A stretch of DNA of 62,875 nucleotides from Octopus bimaculoides (GCF_001194135.2 NC_068987.1:50797179-50860053); one strand, 5' to 3'; positions 1 to 12,641 are shown, counted from the stretch's first letter. Numbers and translations: made by a program. The notes: generated by a model not told the origin, from the sequence alone.

Positions 1-420
1 ATAGAAATGGCTTTTCTGATAATTCTATATTTTTTCCACTTTAATATTTAGATGTGTTATCCGTTTACAAAAGTGACTGTGATAGTTGTTTCTCGCTTAA
101 AAGCGGTTTTCAAACTGATATTTTAGTTTGTTATTCACCATTTAAATAGGGAGTGTTTAATTACAAACAAACAAACACATATACATACATACATAAATAC
201 ATGTGTGTGTGTGTGTATTTGTGTGTGTAGGTGCGTGTATGTTTGTAATTAAACACGCCCTATTTAAACAGAGCCACCTTTTGTAAACTTGTAAACATTT
301 AATTATTAAAGTGGAAAAATTATTAGAAAAGCCATTTCTATTCTTTTTTTCGAATATATGATATTGTGTCAAGGACTTTCTATATCATACACAAACACTC
401 TCACGCACACATATATACAT

Positions 421-451
<31 letters not shown>

Positions 452-1417
452 AATGAAGGGATGCTCATTGTTGGAATACTTCTTTTGGACGTAAGTCTGA
501 TCAATCAAGACTGAGCGGGAGGCAGATAGCAACAATAATATATACAAGAAAAGAAATTCTCAAATGAATTTGTTTCATGTCGTAAAAACTCCAATACTGT
601 TTGTTAATGGACTTGTTAGGCTTTGTTGCCGACGGAGATCAAGTATGTCTTTATCTGCATTATGGATCGTTACCGAAGCAGTGCATTATGTCTTTGATAA
701 AACTTTTTCCCCAGTTTGAATAAGTCAGATATTTCAGAACTAAAACTTACTTTTACACGTTCACCTGTAACAAAACGATTGGACAAGTTGATGAAGGGCC
801 CTCTACATGGTCATTTGTTTTGTTAGAAATAGCAACCGAATCTCTTTCAGTTCACTCTTTACAGAATAAAATATACAAAAGATACATTGGATAACACGAT
901 GTAACATAATTTTAACTTTAGCCATTAAGTGTTATTATCTACTTACGTCTAACTAGAAATCAAAGGAAATGATTACTACTCGCTTTAGATTTTGCTTTTG
1001 TGACCTGAGCATCAATGTTTTGAAATTGATCAATTTCCCATAACATTTCAGACAAATTCAGTGCCGAGTTGCTGAAGCAGAAATATTGTTATAGCAAATA
1101 TTCTGCTCAATACTACAGGTTTGCTTGTCAGTTGCTTGACCTTAACCACTTGAGCATGTCCCTTAGTGACTGGCAATATGTGAATCTCTGATCATGAGCA
1201 GGAGTAGTGGGGGAGCATCAGAGCCATGTGTTGAGAGGGAGTCTTTGGATTTTGAATAACTATAATAAAAGCAAAGTTTGAAGGAAATATTAGCCATGTT
1301 TCGTATTTTCTAGTTGTAAGCAAATAGCAAATAGCAGTTGCTACCCAAAGGACAAAAATTGCATTACACAATGTAATATAGCTCTTAGCACATTAGATCG
1401 AGACAAAAAAAAAAAGA

Positions 1418-1490
1418 CAAACGGCTGGAACGTATTTGAGCGCAGGGCTACTCGATTAGGCTCCAGCTGGAGCTAAACAACAAAAGTAAC
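1418..1490 (+). repeat. Short interspersed repeat fragment (related copy at ~22345-22415, weaker copy at ~445-525)
   Basis: acggctggaacgtatttgag..gctggagctaaacaacaaaag versus acggctgcaatgtttttgat..acctggggttaaacaaaag. Confidence 0.5.
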
Positions 1491-1527
1491 AACTACTACT
1501 AGTGTCAAGACTACCACCACCACCACT

Positions 1528-1579
<52 letters not shown>

Positions 1580-1760
1580 CCATCACCACCACCACCACCA
1601 CCACCAACACCAACACCACCAACATCACTACCAATGTTACAACTACTATTATGATTACTTCTACTGTTGCTGCTGCGACTGCTGAGGCTATTGCTACTGC
1701 CGCCCCTACTGTTTCTACAACAACAACAACAACAACAACAACAAAAACTACTACTGCTTC
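1490..1760. repeat. Compound trinucleotide microsatellite (ACT/ACC/AAC)
   Basis: Direct reading. Confidence 0.9.
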
Positions 1761-2609
1761 AGTAATTCCAAGAATTAAATGCTGGAGAGGAAAGTTGTTG
1801 TTGGGAAAGTAATCGTCTTCGGGAAGAAAAAAAAAGAGAGAAAAATAGGAAGGAGAGACTATCCAGGCTGCTCATTTTATAAGGCCAGGCTGATAGAAGT
1901 ACTAAACATTACTAAACAAAAACAAGCCAACGGAAGGATCTGTACATGAACATGCGACTTGTTAGACGTAACAGCGAAGTTTCCCATATATTACATCTGC
2001 AGGAGAGCTAAACTAGATTGAATATTGTAGATTGGATCTTCCAAATCCTACCCAAGAGAGGGACGGTCTTATCTGGCATTTGATCTACCACATTAAAGGC
2101 AACACGAATCTCAGCAAAAGCATCAACATAAAACAACATAAAGCAAATATAAAAAAAAGCAAAAAGAAAACTGAAAGTTTGTCTTTTATAGTAAGAGCAA
2201 GTATTGGCAACCTATGATACTCGGGCCGCATGCAGTCCGTCGCCCCTGCAATCTGCTTATGAAAATGAGACACAATTAACTAGTGATGTGCCTTATGAAA
2301 TAATGCCCATCATAAATTGATTTGCATAAATGGATTGAAAGAATGATTTTAAAGGAGCAGAAATTTTACGGTTCTTAATTTGTGATCATTTGCGTTCTGA
2401 TTTAAATCCTGCCGAGGTCCCCTATGGTTATCATCTTTCTGGTGTTGGTGGTGGGTGTATTTAAGATAAAATACTAGTCAAGTACTAGTACTAGGGTCGC
2501 TATTTTCAATTGTGCACCCCTCACAGAAAGCCTGTGACCTTGTAGCAATGTTAAAAATTGATATTAGAGATGCAAAGACAGAAGCAAACAACACAATGAA
2601 CAAGAATAA

Positions 2610-3424
2610 CAGCAAAACACATGCGTGCACATACACATATGCACACACATGCATAGATACATATACATGTATACAAATACATGCATGCACATGCACACAT
2701 CCACATACATGTAATTATTGCGTAAGAACTTAAATATCTTCTCGAATCACTAAAGAAAGACAAAGATGTCTTTCTTAATGAGAGTGTATTCGTGTATTCG
2801 CGTATACACACAGACACACTAACGCGCACACAAATATAGATAGATACACATGCATATGTATTTATATATGCATACAAGTATATATACACTTTCCTGTACA
2901 TGTACAGAAATAAACGTTTAAATACATATGTATGTATACATATATATTCCTGCAAACATTTATACGCATAGATACATATATAATGCATATATATGTATAT
3001 ATAAATATACATATATATAAACAGGAATACATACACACTCTTGTATATATGTATACATATATCAGATAATTTCATATACACACACGCATATGTACATATA
3101 TATATATATATATANNNNNNNNNNNNNNNNNNNNNNNNNNNNNNNNNNNNNNNNNNNNNNNNNNNNNNNNNNNNNNNNNNNNNNNNNNNNNNNNNNNNNN
3201 NNNNNNNNNNNNNNNNNNNNNNNNNNNNNNNNNNNNNNNNNNNNNNNNNNNNNNNNNNNNNNNNNNNNNNNNNNNNNNNNNNNNNNNNNNNNNNNGTATG
3301 TATGTATATATATATATATCGTACGTACTGTTTCTATTTCTGATTTGCCGGAAAATACTTTTTTTGCTTATTTCCTTCCATCTATTTCAGAGCATGTGTG
3401 TGTGTGTGTTTGTATGTATGTATG

Positions 3425-3463
<39 letters not shown>

Positions 3464-3602
3464 GTGTGTATCTGCATTATGTCTTTCTGTTTGCACGTGT
3501 ATGTCTGCATGTGTGTTTCTGCGGCACCTGTATATACGTGTGTGTGTGTATGAGTGTGTGCATATGTGTGTGTATATATGTATATACATGTATACATATG
3601 TG

Positions 3603-3662
<60 letters not shown>

Positions 3663-3708
3663 CATATCTNNNNNNNNNNACACACACATATATATATATA
3701 TATATACA

Positions 3709-3749
<41 letters not shown>

Positions 3750-3830
3750 ATATATATATCCACATATGTATATATATACTTGTGTGTATATATATATTTA
3801 TATATATATATGTATATATTTGCATATGGG
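2610..3830. repeat. Degenerate (CA/TA/TG/ATCT) microsatellite field with N gaps
   Basis: Direct reading. Source of the artefactual YI/CV/HT ORFs. Confidence 0.9.
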
Positions 3831-4171
3831 GAGAGGGGGGAATAGTGTATGGGGAAAATAGATAATAGAAAAAAGTAAATTGCCATAGAAATCTAACAAC
3901 AGTTAAGCTATTCTATAAATGATGGCTTTTAATGTGTATTTGTTTGTATGTGTGATTGACTATAAATTTTTGATCTACCCTTACACCTGCTATCTTTTAT
4001 AGAATTTCGGATTGTCTCTGCCATTACTGCACTTGCTACTTCTGCTCCTACTGTTGTTGTTGTTGCTGCTGCTTCCGTTGCAATGCTTTCTGTCTGTTTA
4101 TTTCCTTTTCATGTAACCGTTTTTGACATTACTTATCCAAACAACACAATCGCAAATCGCTCATTTGTTCG

Positions 4172-4211
<40 letters not shown>

Positions 4212-4819
4212 GATAAAAAGAACAACAGGTCAAGACGATTCTACCAAGAACTAGGTAAAAAAAATAGAGATTGCTGTAATACCAACTGCAAGAGCAGTAG
4301 AAATTTAGGAAGAGTTATGGTCTGTGAAGGAATACCTCCAGGAAAGACGAAACGAAACAACAAGCACATTGCCTGGCAACTTTAGACACCCCTAACGTCG
4401 GAAGAAGTTACTTAGTCACTGTAAATATCAAACGACTGGAAAGCACCCGGCCACGACAAGTTTCCCAACTTCTGGTTTACATATTTAACAGGGACACATA
4501 AGATGCGGGCAGAGAAATTCAATGAGATGTTGACGAAGTCAGAGACATCATCAGAATGGCTCGCAAAAATCAAAAAGAAACATCTTCATATCCAGATCCA
4601 CTGAAACTTCAAACCCACAAAACCGCAGACTCATAACATGCTTTCTTACAACCTGCAAAGCCTTAACTACAATAATATCGCGGAGAGTGGGTAGATATCC
4701 AGAAGAAAATAACTTGTATCCAAAAGTGGATGCTGCAAAGGCTCATATGGCTATAAAGATCAGTTATTGATCACCAATTGAAGACTGCCAAAAGAAAAAG
4801 AAGGGTCTAAGCACGTCAG

Positions 4820-4890
4820 TGGCCGTGGAGGGGCGTAGGCCCCGATGCTTGAAGTGTGGAGAAAAGGCCACGTTTTCCCCAAGTGCACCA
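4820..4890 (+). pseudogene. LINE ORF1 (gag-like) CCHC zinc knuckle remnant
   Basis: Translates as VEGRRPRCLKCGE(K)/GHVFPKC, i.e. C-x2-C-x4-H-x4-C with a 1-bp deletion, just upstream of the ORF2 ATG. Confidence 0.8.
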
Positions 4891-4973
4891 AAAATAAAAA
4901 AGAGAATGAGGCCTCTCCCCAAAAAGCTCCAAAAATGTTCACCCCAAAAATTTTCACCCTAAATATTTTCACC

Positions 4974-7900
4974 ATGTCGATTAAGCTAGTGTGCATAAAT
5001 GTGGTTGGGCTGGGGTAGAAATGGAAACAAGCTTGTTTCCATGACGGTCTCAGGTCACGAGGTATAGATGTGGCCATTGTAACTGAGTCCAAGATGAGTG
5101 GACCACAAGTTTTTTCGCCTCTTCTAAATGGCTATGAGAAATTTATTTCTCCTAGTCTACGCTCCTAAGGAGAGTAGCACTTTTTAGTGAAGTCAAAAAC
5201 TGTAGTTCTGTTAGGAGACTTTAACACTATGCTCGATGCACGGGTGGATAATGCTGGCTCGACTAATAGGGGTGGGGAATCTTGCCCTCAAGGGTCTACT
5301 AGAGATCTATAATCTAGTAGACCGTTACAGACTGGATGAGCCGCTCTTTCCACAGCGGACCTGGAGTAATAACGACGGCTCACGCAGATCTTATATAGAT
5401 AGGGTATTTGTTAGAGATAGAAACAGTGGTACTTTTAGTTGTCTACAATTTTGTATTGTCCCTTACACGGATCACAAATTTGTGACGTGTGAGGTACATA
5501 TAGATAAATGTTATAGACAGGGATCCGAGTACTGAAAGATGAAGAAATCTATTTTGTTTTGTGAAGCCTTCCGTGCCCGGATTAAAGAATTATTAGAGAG
5601 GGCACTATGTGGCGCCATCGTTAATAATAGATGTTGGCATGCCCTTAAACTAGCCATCCGTCTAGAGTCTATTAGATTTAGCAATAGGCTAAGTTTAGAT
5701 AGAACTAGAACAGAAGGGAACTTACTTCAGAATCTAGACGAGGTTATGGATTCTGGCCCTGAATCTGGAGTGCTGGCCGCGAGAGCGGTCTTGTACCGTC
5801 ATCTCAAAGCCAAACATGAAAGCTGCAGAGTTAGAGCTAAGCTACGGGCGAGAAGGTATTAACGTTGTCAGATGGGCGCGTCGTGTGGAGAATCAGAGGG
5901 GCAAAGAAGCCTGTATAAAGTCTTTAACGGACGAACAGGGGCGCAAGATCGATGAACAGGAGGAGATGCAAAAGGCCTTTCATCAGAATTTCGCCCGGTT
6001 GTTCGGGCAGAGCGACGCGCTGGAGTGTGGGGAATCCCTTAAAGACTTCCTGGCCGATGGGCCGCGATTCTCAGCGCGGGAGTCGGAATGCTGTGAAAAG
6101 TTGATTGCAGCCTCGGAGGTTGAAGAGATGTTGGCCGAGTGCGCCGGGGACAAGTCACCGGGGCTGGATGGTTTGCCCTATGACAAACATTCGTTTAGAC
6201 TCTATTAGATTTAGCAATCAGCTAAGTTGAGATAGATCTAGAATAGAAAGGGAATTAGTTAAGAATTTAGGCGAAGCTATGGAATCTGGCTCTGCATCTA
6301 GAGTACTGGCGGCGAGATCGGCCTTGTACCGTCACCTCAAAGACAAACACGAAGGCTGCAGAGTTAGAGTTAAGCTACGTGCAGTGGGGCGAGAAGATAT
6401 TAACGTTGCCGGATGGACAAGTCGTGTGGAGAGTCAGACGGGCAAAAATGCCTCTATAAAGTCTTTAACTGACAAACAGGGACGCTAGATCTATGGACAG
6501 GAAGAGATGCAAAAGGCTTTTCACCAGCACTTCGCCCGGTTGTTTGNNNNNNNNNNNNNNNNNNNNNNNNNNNNNNNNNNNNNNNNNNNNNNNNNNNNNN
6601 NNNNNNNNNNNNNNNNNNNNNNNNNNNNNNNNNNNNNNNNNNNNNNNNNNNNNNNNNNNNNNNNNNNNNNNNNNNNNNNNNNNNNNNNNNNNNNNNNNNN
6701 NNNNNNNNNNNNNNNNNNNNNNNNNNNNNNNNTGATCAGAATGGATCCGAGCAAGGGGGATATTATAAGTAATTAGAGGCCCATAACTTTACTCAATGTA
6801 GAATTAAAGATTTTGGCAAAGTTGTTAGCCAAAAGGTTGACACGTGTCGTGGAGAAACTAGTTGGGAAGGCGCAGATATGCACCATTCCAGGCAGGTCGA
6901 TCCAGGATAATCTTCACCTTATACGCTACACCTTAGACAGGCTAGGTAAATTAACCGGCAAAGGTGGGACACTGGTCCATTTAGACCAAGGTAAAGCATT
7001 TGATAGTGTAGACCACCAATACCTGGTGGTGGTTCTCGAAGCGGCTGGGCTGGGCCCGGACTTCAGCAGCTGGATCTCCGCAATGTATAGAGGCATCAAA
7101 TCCACAGTCCATATAAACGGGTACCTGTCGGAGCCATTTTCGATCAGGCGCTCACTTCATCAAGAGTGTCTCTGTCTCCGCTCCTGTACGTGTTGTCTCT
7201 TGAGCCATTACTGCAGAAGTTGGAAAATTTGGGGCTCACCCCAAATGGAATCGGATGCGATAAGTCGGTCTCTACTTATGCGGATGATGTCACCATCATC
7301 TTGTGCACTGCAGCCAAACTACCTGGTGTAGGGGATGCTATCAAATGATACGAGGCGGTGGAACGGGCAAAAGTTAACAAGGACAAGTCCATCGACCTGC
7401 GCCTCGGCACCAGGAGGAGCAAGTCGATATCATCCAGTGTCGTGGGTCACCGGAAAGATGGTCCTGTTAAGTTGCTTGGTTTGGACCGGACTCCCAGACG
7501 GAAAAGAATTGGAGCGAGGTGGCAGACAAGGTGGAGGCCCTAGTCTGGACTTGGTCCAGACAGGATCTGTACGTGAAAGGAAGGGCAGAGGTGGTACAGG
7601 TGTTTATTGCATCTGTAATCACCTACCGCCTAACCGTTGTCCCTTGCCATTTCTCGAGGCTAAACAAGTTGGAGCGCCTCCTCTTCCGCTTTTTGTGGAA
7701 GGGAAGGAGGAAAGCCACTTGTGAAGCGCTCCGTTTGCTCCTAGGAACAGCTAAAGGGTGGGTTAGGGATGCCCTGGCTAATGATGCGCAGACATACGTT
7801 GAGGCTGAAGCATCTCTCAGGCTACCTGGAAGGTGACAAGGTGTGGAATCCGCTGGCGGAGGAATTCTTTCCGCGGCCAGCCTCTTTGGAGAGATTCAAA

Positions 7901-8508
7901 CTCGGTTTTATTAAATGACGTAATCTGACAGAATAGCAAAAGGAGCTTATCCACCAGACAGGCAAGGCCGGCAGTGGGAATACTGCCTCGGTTTTGTACA
8001 AAGCGCTGGTAGTGAGTAAAAACGATGACGTCCTAGGAGGGGTTCTGGGGTTAGTCGAGAACCAACTTACCAAGTTGTTTAAAAAAAACTATCATGCCAG
8101 GGTATTTGGATAATTACCAAAATCCCTGACCTGGCAGTGCCATCGATATGTCTAAGATGTGGGCTGGACGAGGAAACCATCCAGCACCCTCTTGTACAGT
8201 GTCGGAAGATGTCAGACTTGGTAATCTACGTTGAACACGTGTTGTCACACCTGGGCAGAGGACAGCTATCGGCTTAATCTATAATAAAGATTGTGCCACC
8301 AACTGGACTCTCAAAGGAAGGTGAAGCATGTTTCCTCTGTACAGTTGCAGTGTTGAAGGAGTGTGCATGGAAGACCAGATTGCAAGGACTCCTGACGGGA
8401 TCCTTCATCTCTGGCCCTGATCTGCTACTATACTTCAGATACCATCTGAAGAGCAAGATAAGGTTGGAGAGGAGAATTCTGTCACGAAGTGTGTTCGAGA
8501 AAAGATGA
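4974..8508 (+). pseudogene. LINE ORF2 (APE endonuclease-reverse transcriptase), disrupted
   Basis: EN motifs: MSIKLVCINVVGL..DVAIVTESK, VVLLGDFN, SYIDRVFV, TDHKFV. Linker: DKSPGLDGLPY. RT motifs: RPITLLNVELKILAK, LDQGKAFDSVDH, LSPLLYVLSLEPL, YADDV. Zinc finger: CLRCGLDEETIQHPLVQC (8149-8202). Confidence 0.92.
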
Positions 8509-8731
8509 AAGGCTGTGATAAGAAAGGTGTGTGTTCGAGAAAAGATGAAAGGCTATGATAAGAAAGGTGTGTGTTCGAGAAAAGATGAAAGGCTGTGATA
8601 AGAAAGGTGTGTGTTCGAGAAAAGATGAAAGGCTGTGATAAGAAAGTGTGTGTTCGAGAAAAGATGAAAGGCTGTGATAAGAAAGTGTGTGTTCGAGAAA
8701 AGATGAAAGGCTGTGATAAGAAAGGTGTGTG
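8489..8731 (+). repeat. Tandem array of about 6 x 39-40 bp (gtgtgttcgagaaaagatgaaaggctgtgataagaaag[g])
   Basis: Units start at 8491, 8531, 8571, 8611, 8650 and 8689. Near-identical, with no spacers. Confidence 0.95.
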
Positions 8732-8980
8732 CTAGTAACCCTACATAATCGTCTTTGGAAAAAGGAAAATGATAGCCGCTGGGCCTTCCAGTTTACCGGG
8801 TATAATCCCCCAAAAAAGTAAAGTTAGAATAGATTACATATATATTTCAGCAATATTTTTAATCCACAAGTTACATTCGAACTCATCATAACATTATTTG
8901 TGTGTATTGTCCCGTATTGTCTACTCTTTATGTGATATTGATTATCCTAATAAAGAATTTACGTCTAGCCGAACAATTAT

Positions 8981-9025
8981 TCTGTGCTGATGAAGAGAAA
9001 TAATCCGGAAATCGCGATACACAGA
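8981..9025 (+). ncRNA. Type I hammerhead ribozyme-like motif (PLE type; stem II degenerate)
   Basis: TCTGTG-CTGATGA-agagaaataatccg-GAAA-TCGCGA-TA-CACAGA. Stem I is a perfect 6 bp, the core is intact, and stem III is the palindrome ATCGCGAT. Stem II has two mismatches. Confidence 0.6.
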
Positions 9026-9049
9026 TATTGTTTTAAGCTGAGTTGGGGT

Positions 9050-9180
9050 GCTAGATTTCCTTGTTCGAACATATAAGGACACAGATCGTGTCGTATAGCC
9101 AGCTCCTGGGGCTAAATTACAGCAACATTCGTCCTCAACCAGGACTGCCATGTTATGTTGGCAAAAAATATTTATTACAA
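9050..9180 (+). mobile_element. Right arm of the palindromic TIR element family also found at 49541-50416
   Basis: ccttgttcgaacatataaggacacagatcgtgtcgtatagccagc..ctcctggggctaaattacagcaacattcgtcctcaaccaggactgccatgttatgttggcaaa matches 49775-49870 and 50339-50406. Confidence 0.85.
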
Positions 9181-9258
9181 AGCACTGTTGCAAAATGTCT
9201 CGCGTTGTGAGATTTAAAAAGTGTAATTTTCTAAGAAAAAAGGATGTTACATGCATAC

Positions 9259-9590
9259 TGCAGAAAAAGTCTCAAATAACAAACCAACCATACTCTGGGA
9301 TATGCCAATACACATAGATAGGGAAATCAAGTCTACAGCCAGATATTGTTGTCAAGATCCACCAAGAGAAAAGACACCCTTCGGATCGACATATTTGTCC
9401 CTTCAGATGACAATGCATCTCTAAAGATATGGAAAAATTCTCGAAACACAAATATCTGGTAATACAGATAATCCAAATGGGGAACCTGAAAAAAGGATCA
9501 GTGTAATGATAGGTACTTTGGGTATATTAAAAAACAACATAGAAAACATTCATACAAAAACCCAGGATTTACTAATATATCTAACATAAG
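9259..9590 (+). pseudogene. Restriction-like endonuclease (RLE) domain remnant of an R4/Dong/NeSL-type non-LTR retrotransposon
   Basis: Frameshifted translation ILWDMPIHIDREIK/PDIVVK/IDIFVPSDDN..EKFSKHKYL..IGTLG matches the PD-(D/E)xK RLE pattern. Homologous to 54025-54300. Confidence 0.8.
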
Positions 9591-9949
9591 GCACCACACA
9601 ACCTACTTATAGTGTTTTCAATACAGTAAAAATAACAGGAAAGCAAACCACGCCACATAACCAAGGCCCACAGGATCTGTAACAATAGCAATGACGCTAA
9701 AAATGAAAGCTGGTTCAGTAACAACAACAACGTAAGAATAACGGTGTGATAACATAAACTACAAATAAGAGCAAACAGTAGCAATAACAGTGACAATAGC
9801 AACAAATAAAATTGAAGACAACAACAGCAACAGTAGTAATAACCAATGCGTCAACTTCATCTTTATGATCAGCATCATTATAAGCACTTCCCAATTATCA
9901 ACGGCAACCCCAACTCCACCTACAACCATCATTGATCATAGTCGTCATT

Positions 9950-10067
9950 GCAGCCGCCGTCGTCGTCGTTTCCCTCCTCCGCCTGGTCATCCGGATCTTG
10001 CTCCTCCTCCTCATTGTCATCGTGGTTGTCGTCGTCTTCGTAAAGTCGCCGTTGTCGACAACATCAT

Positions 10068-10124
<57 letters not shown>

Positions 10125-10155
10125 CATGTTGAAGATCATTATTAGCAGCAACAGC
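9950..10155. repeat. Compound trinucleotide low-complexity tract (CGT/CAT/CAG)
   Basis: Direct reading. Confidence 0.85.
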
Positions 10156-10614
10156 AGAGCGTATTTGCGTGCCTTTCATACTCACTGGTCCACTGTGTCA
10201 ATTCACTCATGTTTTTGTCATCAGTTACTTAGTTTTACTCTGTCGACTACGGTATATTCAACCCTTCAACCCTCACCAAATTGAACACCACAACTTGGCC
10301 CTATGGAAAATTTTGCAGTTTTAATTTCTTTGAAGCAAGCGTTTGTTTCAGCACATACCGAATTTAGTAATAGGAGTTAAAAATTCCTTTTCTACTACAG
10401 TAAGAATTTCCCAGAGTGTAACACACATTTTTTTTACGTAGGCAAAAAAAAAAATAATGAATCTACACGACGTATGTAGATATCGAAGAATTAGAATGAC
10501 TTGCTGTGATTTTTGGTGTTTCAATCCAAAATGTAGGCGAACATCATGTTTTCTGTGATCGGTTTGGAGAATTGTTGGGTTATATTTCTTGACATGAAAC
10601 CGTTAGTAGCCTTA

Positions 10615-10616
<2 letters not shown>

Positions 10617-10685
<69 letters not shown>

Positions 10686-11402
10686 NNNNNNNNNNNNNNN
10701 NNNNNNNNNNNNNNNNNNNNNNNNNNNNNNNNNNNNNNNNNNNNNNNNNNNNNNNNNNNNNNNNNNNNNNNNNNNNNNNNNNNNNNNNNNNNNNNNNNNN
10801 NNNNNNNNNNNNNNNNNNNNNNNNNNNNNNNNNNNNNNNNNNNNNNNNNNNNNNNNNNNNNNNNNNNNNNNNNNNNNNNNNNNNNNNNNNNNNNNNNNNN
10901 NNNNNNNNNNNNNNNNNNNNNNNNNNNNNNNNNNNNNNNNNNNNNNNNNNNNNNNNNNNNNNNNNNNNNNNNNNNNNNNNNNNNNNNNNNNNNNNNNNNN
11001 NNNNNNNNNNNNNNNNNNNNNNNNNNNNNNNNNNNNNNNNNNNNNNNNNNNNNNNNNNNNNNNNNNNNNNNNNNNNNNNNNNNNNNNNNNNNNNNNNNNN
11101 NNNNNNNNNNNNNNNNNNNNNNNNNNNNNNNNNNNNNNNNNNNNNNNNNNNNNNNNNNNNNNNNNNNNNNNNNNNNNNNNNNNNNNNNNNNNNNNNNNNN
11201 NNNNNNNNNNNNNNNNNNNNNNNNNNNNNNNNNNNNNNNNNNNNNNNNNNNNNNNNNNNNNNNNNNNNNNNNNNNNNNNNNNNNNNNNNNNNNNNNNNNN
11301 NNNNNNNNNNNNNNNNNNNNNNNNNNCTTCTTCTTCTTCTTCTTCTTCTTCTTCTTCTTCTTCTTCTTCTTCTTCTTCTTCTTCTTCTTCTTCTTCTTCT
11401 TC
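10617..11402. repeat. (CA)n - N gap - (CTT)n
   Basis: Direct reading. Confidence 0.95.
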
Positions 11403-11635
11403 GTCTCCTCCTCCTTCCACACCTTTGTCTATGATTCTCTCATCGCGCGTGTGTGTGAGTATGCGAATATGCGAATATGCGAGTATAGCGTTCTTTTACT
11501 CTTTGCTTACAACCGAGCCTTATATATATATACATTCGTCCTGCACATCTTATGTTAACTCTACCTGTATCTCTCTTTTACTCACTTTTCCTCTCTTTCT
11601 TTACGATTATACGATGTAAATCGTGACGAGACAAC

Positions 11636-11780
11636 CTGCCAACCAGCCAGCCAACCGGCCAGTCAACCAGCCAGCCAACGAACGAGCGAACGAACGAACG
11701 AACGAACGAACGAACCAACCAACCAACCAACGAACCAACCAACCAACGTACCAGCCCACCAACAAATCAGCCAACCAACA
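11636..11780. repeat. Tetranucleotide mosaic (CCAG to CGAA to CCAA)
   Basis: Direct reading. Confidence 0.9.
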
Positions 11781-12547
11781 TTTCTATTGGCTATTGTTAT
11801 ACTATATATGTTATATACTAACATTTTATATGGTGGGACGCATGTTACATTTAGAAATCAAAGTTTGGGATGGGTCAAAATGGGTGGAGATATATTAGTT
11901 TGTACATTGGAAACACGACTCTATTCTAGTTTGATCTGTTCAAGTGCTTTAAAAAAAATTTTCTGCATTGTTAGTTCCTTGCAGTTTGTTTGGGTCAGAA
12001 AACATCATAATTCAATCATCAATATTTCTAGTCCTTCATAATTAAATCTTTAGAATTAAGTGATGTTGGGGCGTGTAGAGAGAGTCATTATGATTGATTT
12101 AGACTTTACAATCCGATTTTAATTTGGATTATCTGGTGTATATTTAACACTGAGGTGCTTACTTTTATATGTGACTTAATGTTCGTATTTATTTTAACAT
12201 TGCGATGCATTATAAATATTGATTCCATCATAGATCGTCTGTGAAGGGTTGAGGTATTTGCTGGAACATAGATGTGTTGTTAACTTCTATTTTTCGATGT
12301 ACTGAAGGGCTGTATTGCGTGGTACAGTCTATTGCTATTAGTCTTTGTAGTAAGAGTATGGTGAGCTGGTGACAGAAAAACTTTGTACTTATATGACTAA
12401 TATAACAGTCGGTGTTATGAAGTTTACCTTTGCAATCAAATTTATAAATCGTACACTGCAGACGAGGCTTCGAAATTCTGGATACGTTGATGGCTGATTC
12501 AGAAATACTATTGTCAAATGAAAAGAATTTCTTCGAAATAACTTCCG

Positions 12548-12570
12548 CCACCACCACCACCACCACCACC

Positions 12571-12641
<71 letters not shown>
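12548..12641. repeat. (CCA)n(CTA)n microsatellite
   Basis: Direct reading. Confidence 0.95.

Larger units (their letters stand above)
4215..8830 (+). mobile_element. Decayed, chimeric non-LTR retrotransposon of the L1/Tx1 clade (ORF1 zinc knuckle, APE endonuclease, RT, C-terminal zinc finger)
   Basis: Domains occur in canonical order on +: CCHC knuckle at 4846-4886, EN from 4974, RT at ~6740-7330, CCHC at 8149-8202. GC-richer than the flanks. Many stops and frameshifts. Both boundaries are approximate. Confidence 0.9.

Noticed and set aside
2478-3865. Many long ORFs rich in YI/CV/HT/X (also at 14-17, 34, 46-47, 51-52, 55-58 and 61 kb)
   Set aside because: They are translations of dinucleotide microsatellites and N gaps, which lack stop codons; not genes.
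8489-8731. Regular ~40-bp repeats as a CRISPR array
   Set aside because: No unique spacers, no cas genes, eukaryotic context; a plain tandem repeat.
9790-10284. 164-aa ORF and overlapping minus-strand ORFs with poly-S/A/D/T
   Set aside because: Trinucleotide low-complexity sequence is open in most frames. No domain and no convincing splice pair (only a lone GTGAGT donor-like site on minus near 10185).
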